From a virus, in UHGV virus genome UHGV-0129253: a stretch of 64,000 nucleotides of DNA, one strand, 5' to 3'. The notes beneath the pieces are model-generated. The model was not told the DNA's origin. It made no database searches and saw nothing but the letters and a program-made list of their open reading frames with translations. The position numbers and the translations under genes were made by a program. Below, piece after piece: positions 55,956 to 64,000 of this stretch. Each line of letters starts with the position of its first letter. The stretch's first letter is position 1.

Positions 55956-56696
55956 ATGAGCCAGATCTTTTTCGATACCATCGACAACGACCAGTACGAC
56001 TTCATGACAGAGTGGAATACCGCTGTTATGGACAAGTGGGTCGCTGAAAACATTGGTTTGTCGCGCTGTAAAGACGAGGCTGAACTCTTCGAGACGAAGT
56101 GGTTTGATTACCGCGACATGCATCCTCTCATGGCCACCTGTCTTTTTACGGAGGCATACAAACGTCAGTACTCAAATATCATGCTGACGCACGGTCGCGA
56201 ACACTTTGAAACAGCTCCGTTCACCACCGGGTTAAAACGCCTGCCTTATCAGGAGTTGTCGACTGCCAATAAAACGTCGCTATGGAAAGCGCGCCAGTTT
56301 GCGGATCGCTATTGCTGCTCATACGACTACTTTATCTCCACCGTTCTTTCCGCAGCTGCACGACGGCTGTGGGACAAGCTGCCGCGCCCACAGCATTTAT
56401 GGCAGCAAGAACTGATTGAGATATTCGAAGAGAAATTAGCCAGACGCGCAACAACCCGTCTGGATGACTCTCTGGTTAGCTTTAAGCATATGGGGGACAT
56501 GCAGTTCAACCCGATTCAGGAAAGCTATTTTGAGTGGATTCTGGAGCGTTTACGCACCATCCCTCGCAGCAAGCGCATACGCGCAATTTTCTCCGCTATC
56601 TGGCTAATGGAAATCGTTCCAGAGCGCCTTATTTCCGCCCACTTTCCAGAAGAACTGGAAGAAGCACGGCGGTTTATTGATCCCCTATCTAATTAA
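55956..56696 (+). CDS. Hypothetical protein, first gene of the replication module
   Basis: ATG 55956 (track gives GTG 55947). Confidence 0.45.
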   Translation: MSQIFFDTIDNDQYDFMTEWNTAVMDKWVAENIGLSRCKDEAELFETKWFDYRDMHPLMATCLFTEAYKRQYSNIMLTHGREHFETAPFTTGLKRLPYQELSTANKTSLWKARQFADRYCCSYDYFISTVLSAAARRLWDKLPRPQHLWQQELIEIFEEKLARRATTRLDDSLVSFKHMGDMQFNPIQESYFEWILERLRTIPRSKRIRAIFSAIWLMEIVPERLISAHFPEELEEARRFIDPLSN

Positions 56697-56705
56697 CTAA
56701 TACTA

Positions 56706-56721
56706 GAAAACAATTTGTTTA
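56706..56721. promoter_or_regulatory. Early-type palindrome GAAAACAATTTGTTTA
   Basis: 19 nt upstream of helicase ATG. Confidence 0.4.
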
Positions 56722-56739
56722 AAAAACAAAGGAAAGCAC

Positions 56740-58080
56740 ATGACCGAACTTTGCCATACAGGACGCGGGCTGTCCGAAGAGTTTGATGAAGATTTTCAGA
56801 ACAGATTGACGGCCTATTTTTGTCGTGATCACGAGTTTCTTACTCGTGCTGGAGATCTGGTTGTACCTAGCCAATTTGCCAATGCGGCCAATGCCATATT
56901 GGTTAATATGGTTTCGGGCTATTACCGTATGTACAAGAGCGCGCCCTCTTCATCTGCGATTCTGGATATGCTTAAGCGTGCGAAACGCGATAAGACTATC
57001 CGTGAGGAACTATTCGCCGATGTTGTTGCTGCGTTTAAGCGCATCCTTGCAGAAAAATTGTCTGATACCTCGTACATGGTTGACCAGGTATCAACCTTCG
57101 CAAAAAGCGTAGCGTTTGATGATGCTCTGATTAAGGCTGCTGAACTGAAAGAGAAAGGCGACTTTCAGGGGGCGATGGCAATCATGGCCAAGGTTCAGCA
57201 GATTGGATCGAACGAAGCGACCGGAATCTATGACTACTACACCTCCGCAAGTGAGCGATTGAAAGCGCGTGAATATGAGGCTTCAGAGGAGTATGTACCA
57301 AACAGTATTACAACTGGACTCCCTCTTCTCGATAGGTTGCTGTACCAAAAAGGCTGGGCAAAGCGCGAAATGGTGCTCTTCATGGGGTTCGCTAAATCCG
57401 GTAAATCGACCGCAATGGGTGAGTTTTCCATAAACGCAACGCTTGCTGGCTACAATGTTCTGTATCTCTCGCTGGAGGTTCACACCACCATTTTATCCGA
57501 CCGTTTTGATGCAAGATTGTCGGAGACAGAAATGTCCAAGCTGGTGGAACGGCGCGATGAGGTTCATCGTAAGTTGGCAGAGTTGGGAGCCACGAAGGGG
57601 ATTGGTAGTTTGTGGGTTGTTGAGCGTCCGTCAGGAAGTATGTCACCGGCAGATCTGGATCGTATGCTTAACAGCATGAAAGCCAATGGCATGGTGCCTG
57701 ACATGGTTGTTGTCGACTATGCAGATTTGATGCGTGCCAGTTATGACCTTCGTGATGATCGCGCCAACATACGTAGTATCTATACCGACTTACGTGCTCT
57801 TTATGACAAACACAACGTTGCTGGTATCACAGCATCGCAAACAAACCGTGAAGGTGGCGCGTCAGAAGTTGCCACAATGATGCACGCTGCCGACAACATC
57901 GAAAAAGTACGTATTGCTGACCTGGTAATAACGATCAACAAAACCGAAGAAGAAGAAGCGAAAGGAGAGGCTCGTCTCTACTTTGCTGGTTCACGTAACC
58001 AGCAGGGAGGGATCAGCATTCGCGTTAAACAAAACCTCGAACAAATGCGCTTCATTGAGCGAATCTTAGACGTTACCTAA
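56740..58080 (+). CDS. DnaB-family replicative helicase
   Basis: Walker A GFAKSGKST, Walker B VVVDYADLM, SQTNRE motif. Confidence 0.7.
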   Translation: MTELCHTGRGLSEEFDEDFQNRLTAYFCRDHEFLTRAGDLVVPSQFANAANAILVNMVSGYYRMYKSAPSSSAILDMLKRAKRDKTIREELFADVVAAFKRILAEKLSDTSYMVDQVSTFAKSVAFDDALIKAAELKEKGDFQGAMAIMAKVQQIGSNEATGIYDYYTSASERLKAREYEASEEYVPNSITTGLPLLDRLLYQKGWAKREMVLFMGFAKSGKSTAMGEFSINATLAGYNVLYLSLEVHTTILSDRFDARLSETEMSKLVERRDEVHRKLAELGATKGIGSLWVVERPSGSMSPADLDRMLNSMKANGMVPDMVVVDYADLMRASYDLRDDRANIRSIYTDLRALYDKHNVAGITASQTNREGGASEVATMMHAADNIEKVRIADLVITINKTEEEEAKGEARLYFAGSRNQQGGISIRVKQNLEQMRFIERILDVT

Positions 58081-58161
58081 AAAATAAGCGTGGAGAACAC
58101 CTCCACGCTTGATTCATTGGTGAAACAACTTTTCTTTTGCCAAACCACAAAAGAAAAACAC

Positions 58162-59343
58162 ATGAGCCTTTATGTTATATCAACATTTAGGTTGGTCACA
58201 ATATTGCCTGTTAAAAGTGGAATTATCGTGAGCGAGCTGAAAGAGCTAATTACCGAATTAGATTTTGAACAATGGTTGGATACTGAAGGTATCGTTTATC
58301 GACGTGGAGGCGTGAGTACTCGCGGTCGTGAAGTGAATATCAAGGAGTGTCCGGTATGTGGCAGCTCCAACTGGAAGGTATATTTCAATCTGACCAGTGG
58401 CGTCGGTAAATGCTTCGCTGGTGATCATCCCGAAGAGATTCAGTTCAATAAGCTGGTCTTCCTCAAGCACTACAGCGGCAAATCACGACGACAGTTCGAG
58501 GAATATGTGCAGAACGCCCTTCTTTCCCAGGGGTGGGCACCAAAGAAAGAAGAGATAGTGCTTGCAAGCACAGTCGAGTTAGAGGGACCACTTGCACTCC
58601 CTCGTCATTACGAACTTCCTATAGATGGCCGTCTTCCAGACTATCTGGTTGAACGAAACATATCGCCTGAAATGGCAAAGTATTTTGACCTACGATACTG
58701 CGTCGAAGGCAAGCACGCTTATGTAGATCCGTATACAGATCAGGTTAAAGGACAGATATTCGATATGCGAATACTGATACCGGTTTACGATCTGGATGGG
58801 GTAATGAAGACATTTCAGGGGCGAGACATTACCGGTACAGCAGAACGCCGCTACCTCTTTCCTATGCAGCTTCCAGCTTCAGGTAAGTTTCTCTACAACG
58901 GCCATAATGCGGTCGGCAAACAGACTGTAGTTGTCTGTGAGGGGGCGTTCGATGTTATGGGAGTTAAACGAGCTATTTTTGATGAAGAAACATTACGTGA
59001 TTACGTGGAACCGATAGGAACGTTCGGGATGCATCTATCTGGTAACACCACTCAGGATGCAGAAGATCAGTTGGGCGCGTTCCTGACGCTCAAGGCGCGT
59101 GGATTACGTAATGTGATCATGATGTGGGATAGTGAAAAGCAAGCTATACGCAACACTATGGCCGCAGCCAGGCGACTGACCAGTATTGGTCTTAATGTCA
59201 AAGTAGCATGTTTGGGCGAGGAAGGACTCGACCCAGGCGATGCAACGCCAGAACAAATTATCAAAGCCTATTATCGGGCAAAACCGTATACCAAACAGTT
59301 GGAGTTGCAAAGCAAGGTTTTGGGCATTAAGGCGCTATCGTAA
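58162..59343 (+). CDS. DNA primase (zinc ribbon plus TOPRIM-like); start uncertain (58090 to 58230)
   Basis: CPVCGSS...CFAGDH zinc-binding motif; VVVCEGAFD and MWDSE acidic motifs. Confidence 0.5.
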   Translation: MSLYVISTFRLVTILPVKSGIIVSELKELITELDFEQWLDTEGIVYRRGGVSTRGREVNIKECPVCGSSNWKVYFNLTSGVGKCFAGDHPEEIQFNKLVFLKHYSGKSRRQFEEYVQNALLSQGWAPKKEEIVLASTVELEGPLALPRHYELPIDGRLPDYLVERNISPEMAKYFDLRYCVEGKHAYVDPYTDQVKGQIFDMRILIPVYDLDGVMKTFQGRDITGTAERRYLFPMQLPASGKFLYNGHNAVGKQTVVVCEGAFDVMGVKRAIFDEETLRDYVEPIGTFGMHLSGNTTQDAEDQLGAFLTLKARGLRNVIMMWDSEKQAIRNTMAAARRLTSIGLNVKVACLGEEGLDPGDATPEQIIKAYYRAKPYTKQLELQSKVLGIKALS

Positions 59344-59355
59344 CAAGTGCCGCTA

Positions 59356-59378
59356 AAATAAGTAGATGATTACTTATC
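59356..59378. promoter_or_regulatory. Late-type palindrome ATAAGTAgatgaTTACTTAT
   Basis: Upstream of gene 59419. Confidence 0.4.
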
Positions 59379-59418
59379 TTTCTGTAAGAATACTTTCATC
59401 TGTTAGCTAGGAGTTGGT

Positions 59419-60195
59419 ATGAAAGACGAAATTCAGAAATTAGCCTGCGACATCATTGATAAAACTGGTTTAGAAATCAGCGAGAGCAATCGACTAGACA
59501 TCATTGAAAAAGCGGTAAAAACAGCAATGGATCATATCGCCACTCGTTTGGTTGAGATCCCGCTACCAGGGCTACCTTATCTGAAAGTTGAGTTACACGT
59601 ATGGGGTGAACCTTCTTGTGCACGGCGTTCTGCATTAGTTGTTTTTATTAGCAAAGAAAACCCGCTCAGTCTTAAAGTGCAGGTTGGTGCATGGATGGAT
59701 GGCAAAGTGATCTACACAAATACCGTTTTTTGTCTTTCAAACGACGAAACTATTGAAGCGGCCATTCAAGAAGCAGTTCTAGCAATGCGCAGCAGCGGTT
59801 TGATGAAGAATAACTACGAAGAGTACTTGCGTTCGATAAGTGGTGAAAAGACATTATCTCTGAAAGCAGATTTCGTTACCCCGAAAAATCTGTTGGAAGT
59901 CTTGCTTAATAAAGGGGCTAATGATGCCGTAAATGTAATCAGAGAGAGTGAGTATGCGTCTCTTTGCGACATGTGCAAAAGCCAGTTGGATCTGGTGCAT
60001 ATCGTTATTGATGCTGGGAAGGCATGTGATGGCGTAATGGCGGAATTTGCTTGGAAGGTGGTCAGGATTGCTAACGAATTACCGATGATAGAGCAAGAGG
60101 CCAAATCATACGCCACCAATCATGTCACAGAGCTTCTTGCCCCCTATCGCTTAGAAAGCAATCAGCGCAAGATGGTTAGCTGGGGAAGTTGGTAA
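59419..60195 (+). CDS. Hypothetical protein (258 aa)
   Basis: ORF with GGAG RBS. Confidence 0.5.
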   Translation: MKDEIQKLACDIIDKTGLEISESNRLDIIEKAVKTAMDHIATRLVEIPLPGLPYLKVELHVWGEPSCARRSALVVFISKENPLSLKVQVGAWMDGKVIYTNTVFCLSNDETIEAAIQEAVLAMRSSGLMKNNYEEYLRSISGEKTLSLKADFVTPKNLLEVLLNKGANDAVNVIRESEYASLCDMCKSQLDLVHIVIDAGKACDGVMAEFAWKVVRIANELPMIEQEAKSYATNHVTELLAPYRLESNQRKMVSWGSW

Positions 60196-60227
60196 TCTCT
60201 CCGCGCGTCGTTTTTTACGCAAATAAC

Positions 60228-60253
60228 GATAGGTAAGTACAAGATTATTTATG
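60228..60253. promoter_or_regulatory. Late-type motif GATAGGTAAGTACAAGATTATTTATG
   Basis: Overlaps start of gene 60251. Confidence 0.3.
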
Positions 60254-60733
60254 GCGGTAGTTGTGAAAGCTGATTTGTCAAAAATCCCTTCTATTTCAGG
60301 AAATAACGGTTATTCACTTCGTTGTGAGGAAGTAAAGATAAACGGTGAGTCGGCATATTGCAGCTATTCCGTTTGCCAGCACACCATTCTTGCCTTCAAA
60401 GAAAACCGTCTTCCTCGAACTTCTTTCCAGTCGTGCGCAACCGCTATTAAAGCAGGCAAATGCAAGGCGTTAAAAATGATGGTTGAAGAGATTCGTAAAG
60501 GAGAATCTCTGTATTTCGAAGATATGACCGCGCTCATTAAGGAGGTTGAAGAACGGAATAAACAAGCCAGAACTATAAAACGAAAACGTGACAGTGTAAC
60601 GATTAATAGCATGGTTAAGAAGAGCACCACATCACAAACAGCGATCACTGACGTGTATGCGGCGTTGCTTGAAGAAACAACAAAAGAAACACATGAGCAA
60701 ATCGATCAACATATGGAGGCAAAACAACAATGA
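60251..60733 (+). CDS. Hypothetical Cys-containing protein (160 aa)
   Basis: ORF. Confidence 0.45.
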   Translation: MAVVVKADLSKIPSISGNNGYSLRCEEVKINGESAYCSYSVCQHTILAFKENRLPRTSFQSCATAIKAGKCKALKMMVEEIRKGESLYFEDMTALIKEVEERNKQARTIKRKRDSVTINSMVKKSTTSQTAITDVYAALLEETTKETHEQIDQHMEAKQQ

Positions 60734-62052
60734 AAAAGTTGATCGCACTTAAGCATAAGCTGGACGAAATGAAAGCTATGGGAACCAATGCAAAAAAAGA
60801 GGCATTGACCAACATGGATGACTTCGAGCAAAGCATGGTTTCATTGATGCTCAACCCTTTCATCCGTTTTGGGGTAAAGAAATACAAAGTGGCAGAGCCG
60901 CTTAGTGAGTCCGTCCCAAGTGACGAAAAAGCCATTGATGTACTGAATAAGCTGGCCTCTCGCGAGCTGACGGGGAACGCAGCAATAGAAGCTGTTGAGT
61001 CTATCGTGGCGTCAATGTGCGCCGATGGGCAGGACGTGTTCCGTCGTTTCCTCTTAAAAGACCCGAAAGCAGGTGTTGGGATTAGCCTATGCAACAAGGT
61101 TTTTGAAAATCCCATTCCGAAATTCGAGGTGCAGCTGGCGTCACCGTATAAAGAAAAAGGCGACAAATACCCCTTCAAGCCAAATCCTAAAGCAAAATGG
61201 CCGATGATTGGCAGTCTTAAGCTCGATGGTTTGCGAGTAATTTGTGAGGTTATTGTTGACGAGGAAGAGGTGAACTTCCTTTCTCGTACTGGTAATCCAA
61301 TCACGTCTCTCGATCACCTAAAGCCAGCCATGCTCGAATTAGGCAAACTTTCAGGCCACAAACACATCTTCTTCGATGGTGAAGGAACAGCCGGTTCATT
61401 TAACCAGTCCGTATCTGCATTGCGCAAAAAGAACGTGCAGGCAATTGGCGCTATTTATCATGTTTTCGACTTCTTCCTACCGGAATGGCGGGCACAGGCT
61501 AAATCCAAAGAGTATGCAAAGACAGGTATGAAGCTGAAAGAGCGCCTGGCTATTCTCGTGGCGTTGTTCAAAAACGATCGCAGTGAAGACTACGCGCAAG
61601 ACATTCACCTACATCCGTTCTACATCATCCATAGCCACGAAGACTTCATCGAACGCTTCATGAAACGCCTGGACGATAACGAAGAAGGGGAGATGGGCAA
61701 AGATCCGAACTCTGTTTACGAGTTTAAACGTACCCGCAGCTGGTGGAAGTTAAAAGACGAAGATTCAGAAGATGGTGAAATTATCGATTTTGAGCCTGGC
61801 GACCCGGACTCTGGTTTTGCCAACACGCTTGGAAAAATTGTTATTCGTCTTGAAAACGGCGTCATCGTTCGTGCGAGCGGCATTAAGCATAAATATCTGG
61901 ACGAGATCTGGAACAACAAAGAGAAGTACCGTGGTCGTATTGTCGAGGTTCATTGTCACGAGAAAACGCCTGATGGCAGCTTACGCCACCCACGACTGAA
62001 ATGGCCGCGTTGCTTACGCGATACCGAAGATCGAATCGGAGATAAAGAATGA
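60730..62052 (+). CDS. ATP-dependent DNA ligase
   Basis: Adenylation motif I KLDGLR, motif III FFDGEG; 440 aa. Confidence 0.7.
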   Translation: MKKLIALKHKLDEMKAMGTNAKKEALTNMDDFEQSMVSLMLNPFIRFGVKKYKVAEPLSESVPSDEKAIDVLNKLASRELTGNAAIEAVESIVASMCADGQDVFRRFLLKDPKAGVGISLCNKVFENPIPKFEVQLASPYKEKGDKYPFKPNPKAKWPMIGSLKLDGLRVICEVIVDEEEVNFLSRTGNPITSLDHLKPAMLELGKLSGHKHIFFDGEGTAGSFNQSVSALRKKNVQAIGAIYHVFDFFLPEWRAQAKSKEYAKTGMKLKERLAILVALFKNDRSEDYAQDIHLHPFYIIHSHEDFIERFMKRLDDNEEGEMGKDPNSVYEFKRTRSWWKLKDEDSEDGEIIDFEPGDPDSGFANTLGKIVIRLENGVIVRASGIKHKYLDEIWNNKEKYRGRIVEVHCHEKTPDGSLRHPRLKWPRCLRDTEDRIGDKE

Positions 62053-62264
62053 TCGTATTAAGTAAAAGGGAGAAAGAAACGCTTCATGAAATCAGTAAGT
62101 GGCCGGAGTTCCCTGAGTACTGGAAGCCTAAAACGCGAGCTAAGTTAGAGCGTTTAGGGTTGGTTGCAAACGTTTCTGAAACGTGGTGCTCGGCCAACTA
62201 CCAGTTAACTGATAAAGGGAAAGTATTGCTACAGCAATTAGTAGAATCAGGAGTGTTAAAATGA
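62049..62264 (+). CDS. Hypothetical small protein (71 aa)
   Basis: ATGA overlap with ligase stop. Confidence 0.45.
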   Translation: MIVLSKREKETLHEISKWPEFPEYWKPKTRAKLERLGLVANVSETWCSANYQLTDKGKVLLQQLVESGVLK

Positions 62265-62413
62265 TTCCATACATCTCATTAGCTTTTATGGGTGGCTTCC
62301 TTATCGGCTTCGGCATCTGTCGTGATTTAATTAAGCAGGAACTTAAAACCAAAACACTGTGCATCGGAAAGCGTGTGTATCGGGTAGTTCATGAAACAAA
62401 GGTGAAAAAATGA
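62261..62413 (+). CDS. Small membrane protein (50 aa, one TM), translationally coupled
   Basis: ATGA overlaps at both ends; frame verified codon by codon; below track threshold. Confidence 0.3.
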   Translation: MIPYISLAFMGGFLIGFGICRDLIKQELKTKTLCIGKRVYRVVHETKVKK

Positions 62414-62700
62414 GCAATTTAACTTCTTGGGAATGGTGGTTGGCCACCTATTTCTTAGCGGCCGGAGTCGCATTCGCCTTTTACGTAGGTCAGTTAGTCG
62501 TAAAACTGTTGCTGATTAAATTTGCTAGTCATAAACGTATCGATGATGGTCTGTGGCGTCTTGGCACCCTGGTGGAAACTCGCTACGGGCAACTTAAGGA
62601 GAACGAAACCATTACTATCCAAGCGAAACGATTCACTGCCACCATCACAAGAACACCTAGTCGTAGAGTGGCCTTGATCATAAAAGTCACAACCGAATAA
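62410..62700 (+). CDS. Small membrane protein (96 aa)
   Basis: N-terminal TM WWLATYFLAAGVAFAFYVGQLVV. Confidence 0.5.
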   Translation: MSNLTSWEWWLATYFLAAGVAFAFYVGQLVVKLLLIKFASHKRIDDGLWRLGTLVETRYGQLKENETITIQAKRFTATITRTPSRRVALIIKVTTE

Positions 62701-62709
62701 AAACATGAT

Positions 62710-62731
62710 GATAAGTATTTACTTACTTATC
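62710..62731. promoter_or_regulatory. Late-type motif GATAAGTATTTACTTACTTATC, possibly driving the tRNA region
   Basis: Last member of the family; no plus-strand CDS follows before the tRNAs. Confidence 0.3.
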
Positions 62732-62937
62732 TTTTATGTATAAGATGACTTTGTTTTCGTTGAGACGCGACTGTTTGAACTTAAATACAAGTGCAAACGA
62801 AGAAGTCTATCTGGCAGTAGCCTAATAAGCCAAACACCAGCGAGGTCAGTTTCCAGCCTCGTTACCGAAATGGGACACACTGAGCGAGTGTGATTGCAGA
62901 ACGCAGGAGGGAACATTCATGTTCCCTCCGATGAAGT

Positions 62938-63014
62938 AACAGAATGGGCGGTTGGTATATTTTCAACTCCATATGACTCCCGGATTCTTAGCCACTGACC
63001 GCCCATCCTGTTAC
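62938..63014. repeat. Long hairpin element (arms ACAGAATGGGCGGT / ACCGCCCATCCTGT)
   Basis: ~14-bp arms around a ~45-nt interior containing a second palindrome GGGAACATtcATGTTCCC nearby. Confidence 0.35.
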
Positions 63015-63090
63015 GTCATTTTGTTCAATTATGTCGTTTATACTGGGTTAAAAAGCGGCGACGTAGCCCGGCTGGTATGGTTAGCCAGCA

Positions 63091-63212
63091 CACAACGTTG
63101 AGGCCATTACATTTTTATCAATTCTAAGGTTCTATTCACAGAGATACCGGCGAGCGTTGATATGTAACATGTTGGGCAAACATTCAATCGGAGTAGTGGC
63201 CTCAACGTTGTG
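63091..63212. repeat. Long hairpin element 1 (20-nt arms CACAACGTTGAGGCCATTAC / GTAGTGGCCTCAACGTTGTG)
   Basis: One G-T position, ~82-nt loop. Confidence 0.5.
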
Positions 63213-63478
63213 AAGACAGGATTGTTGTGTAGGTTTAACCACTGTTGCCATTGGTGCCTGTTTTCACAACAAATGATTCCATACATCACATTGTATAAAT
63301 TACAAAGTAGGTGCTGTCCTCAGAAACATCATCTACTTAAAGATTTTGCCTTCTACTATTGAGCGAAGTCGAAAGCGTCTGGCACTAACGAAAAGTGCAA
63401 GTAGCGGTGCGTTTCCTGGCAGAAACTAAACCGTCGCGATTGGCACTGTTGAGTAATAAATACTGGCAGTGCTGAATT

Positions 63479-63553
63479 GATGGTGTAGCTCAGCGGTAGA
63501 GCAGTTGGCTGTTAACCAACTGGTCGGTGGTTCGAATCCACCCACCATCGCCA
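63479..63553 (+). tRNA. tRNA-Asn (anticodon GUU)
   Basis: Hand-folded cloverleaf: acceptor GATGGTG/CACCATC, D-stem GCTC/GAGC, anticodon loop CTGTTAA, T-arm GGTGG-TTCGAAT-CCACC, encoded CCA; unlike the enterobacterial tRNA-Asn as I recall it. Confidence 0.8.
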
Positions 63554-63558
63554 ATTTA

Positions 63559-63645
63559 GGGGAGTTAGTCCGTAGGGGCAGCGGGGTAGACTGTAAATCT
63601 ACTGTCATTGCGACTCGGGTGGTTCGACTCCATCACTCCCCACCA
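63559..63645 (+). tRNA. tRNA-Tyr (anticodon GUA), type II with long variable arm; D-arm non-canonical
   Basis: Acceptor GGGGAGT/ACTCCCC, anticodon arm GTAGA-CTGTAAA-TCTAC, variable-arm hairpin GTC-ATTGC-GAC, T-arm GGTGG-TTCGACT-CCATC, encoded CCA. Confidence 0.6.
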
Positions 63646-63649
63646 AATT

Positions 63650-63725
63650 GCCGGTTTAGCTCAGTTGGTAGAGCGCCTGCCTTGTAAGCAGGATGTCAGC
63701 GGTTCGATCCCGTTAACCGGCACCA
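63650..63725 (+). tRNA. tRNA-Thr (anticodon UGU)
   Basis: Acceptor GCCGGTT/AACCGGC, D-stem GCTC/GAGC, anticodon arm CCTGC-CTTGTAA-GCAGG, T-loop TTCGATC, encoded CCA. Confidence 0.8.
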
Positions 63726-63726
63726 A

Positions 63727-63815
63727 CACAACAGGTAAGAGCATTGGGCGAATCGGCGATACTGACCCACAAGCCCGTAAATCGATAGAGTCAGACCAGT
63801 GCTCTTACCGTTGTG
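63727..63815. repeat. Long hairpin element 2 (arms CACAACAGGTAAGAGCATTGG / CCAGTGCTCTTACCGTTGTG)
   Basis: Starts immediately after tRNA-Thr CCA; paralogous to 63091 and 63868. Confidence 0.5.
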
Positions 63816-63867
63816 AGGAAGTGCAGCTCTTTGAAGCAACCAGAAGATAAGCATCTGGCTTCACAAC

Positions 63868-63944
63868 ACAACGATAAGATCATTACGGTTAATCGTCGTT
63901 CATGTGCACAATGACTGGTCGAAAGTAGTGATCTTACCGTTGTG
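63868..63944. repeat. Long hairpin element 3 (arms ACAACGATAAGATCATTAC / GTAGTGATCTTACCGTTGTG)
   Basis: Same terminal CACAAC...CGTTGTG signature with compensatory changes. Confidence 0.5.
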
Positions 63945-64000
63945 ATGAATGCACAGGCTGATGTGCCGCAACTACAGTAGTGCGCGCTTTGCGGGGCTTG

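Larger units (their letters stand above)
8000..64000. mobile_element. Temperate siphovirus-like phage / phage-plasmid-like segment (accessory region, packaging, head, lambda-like tail, lysis, TA, partition, replication, tRNAs); extends beyond the window
   Basis: Canonical phage morphogenesis gene order plus plasmid-type partition and addiction modules; no integrase seen. Confidence 0.75.

Noticed and set aside
1-64000. Searched for integrase/excisionase, transposase/IS elements and attachment-site direct repeats at the mrp-metG boundaries
   Set aside because: No tyrosine or serine recombinase motifs, no transposase-like ORFs and no obvious flanking direct repeats were seen; absence by eye is weak evidence and needs an HMM scan.

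Overview
The window is dominated by a temperate siphovirus-like phage, or phage-plasmid-like element, with a host-type housekeeping pair (mrp/apbC and metG) embedded at 4.6-7.9 kb. Left of that pair (1-4.6 kb) lie Ead/Ea22-like early genes, a noncoding block with a candidate small RNA, and a LexA-box-controlled UmuD'-like (HumD-like) gene. Right of metG (8-19.5 kb) is an accessory/early region: many short plus-strand genes behind a recurring promoter-plus-palindrome module, an ~0.8 kb G-depleted A+C-rich tract, two iteron arrays, and a minus-strand cassette containing an SF2 helicase, a lipoprotein, a secreted Cys-rich protein and two tandem paralogous small genes. At 19.5-22.5 kb sits a four-gene translationally coupled operon (two ParB-like proteins, an ABC-type ATPase, a GNAT-domain protein) that I cannot assign to any described system; this is my top candidate for something new. 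Then come packaging and head genes (TerS-like, TerL, portal, scaffold, capsid, Ig-like decoration), a lambda-like tail module (Z/U/V/G-GT/H/M/L/K/I/J equivalents), a 1678-aa tail fibre with a C-terminal S74 chaperone domain, and a lysis cassette with an overlapping Rz/Rz1-like pair. The right end carries a GNAT/DUF1778 toxin-antitoxin pair, a ParF/ParG-like partition pair, a GIY-YIG protein, a replication module (DnaB-like helicase, primase, ATP-dependent ligase) and three tandem tRNAs (Asn-GUU, Tyr-GUA, Thr-UGU) flanked by paralogous long hairpin elements with covarying stems. No integrase, CRISPR array or IS element was recognised. Two distinct palindromic motif families recur in front of genes across the element. 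All calls rest on reading the sequence and ORF translations by eye; no database search was run.
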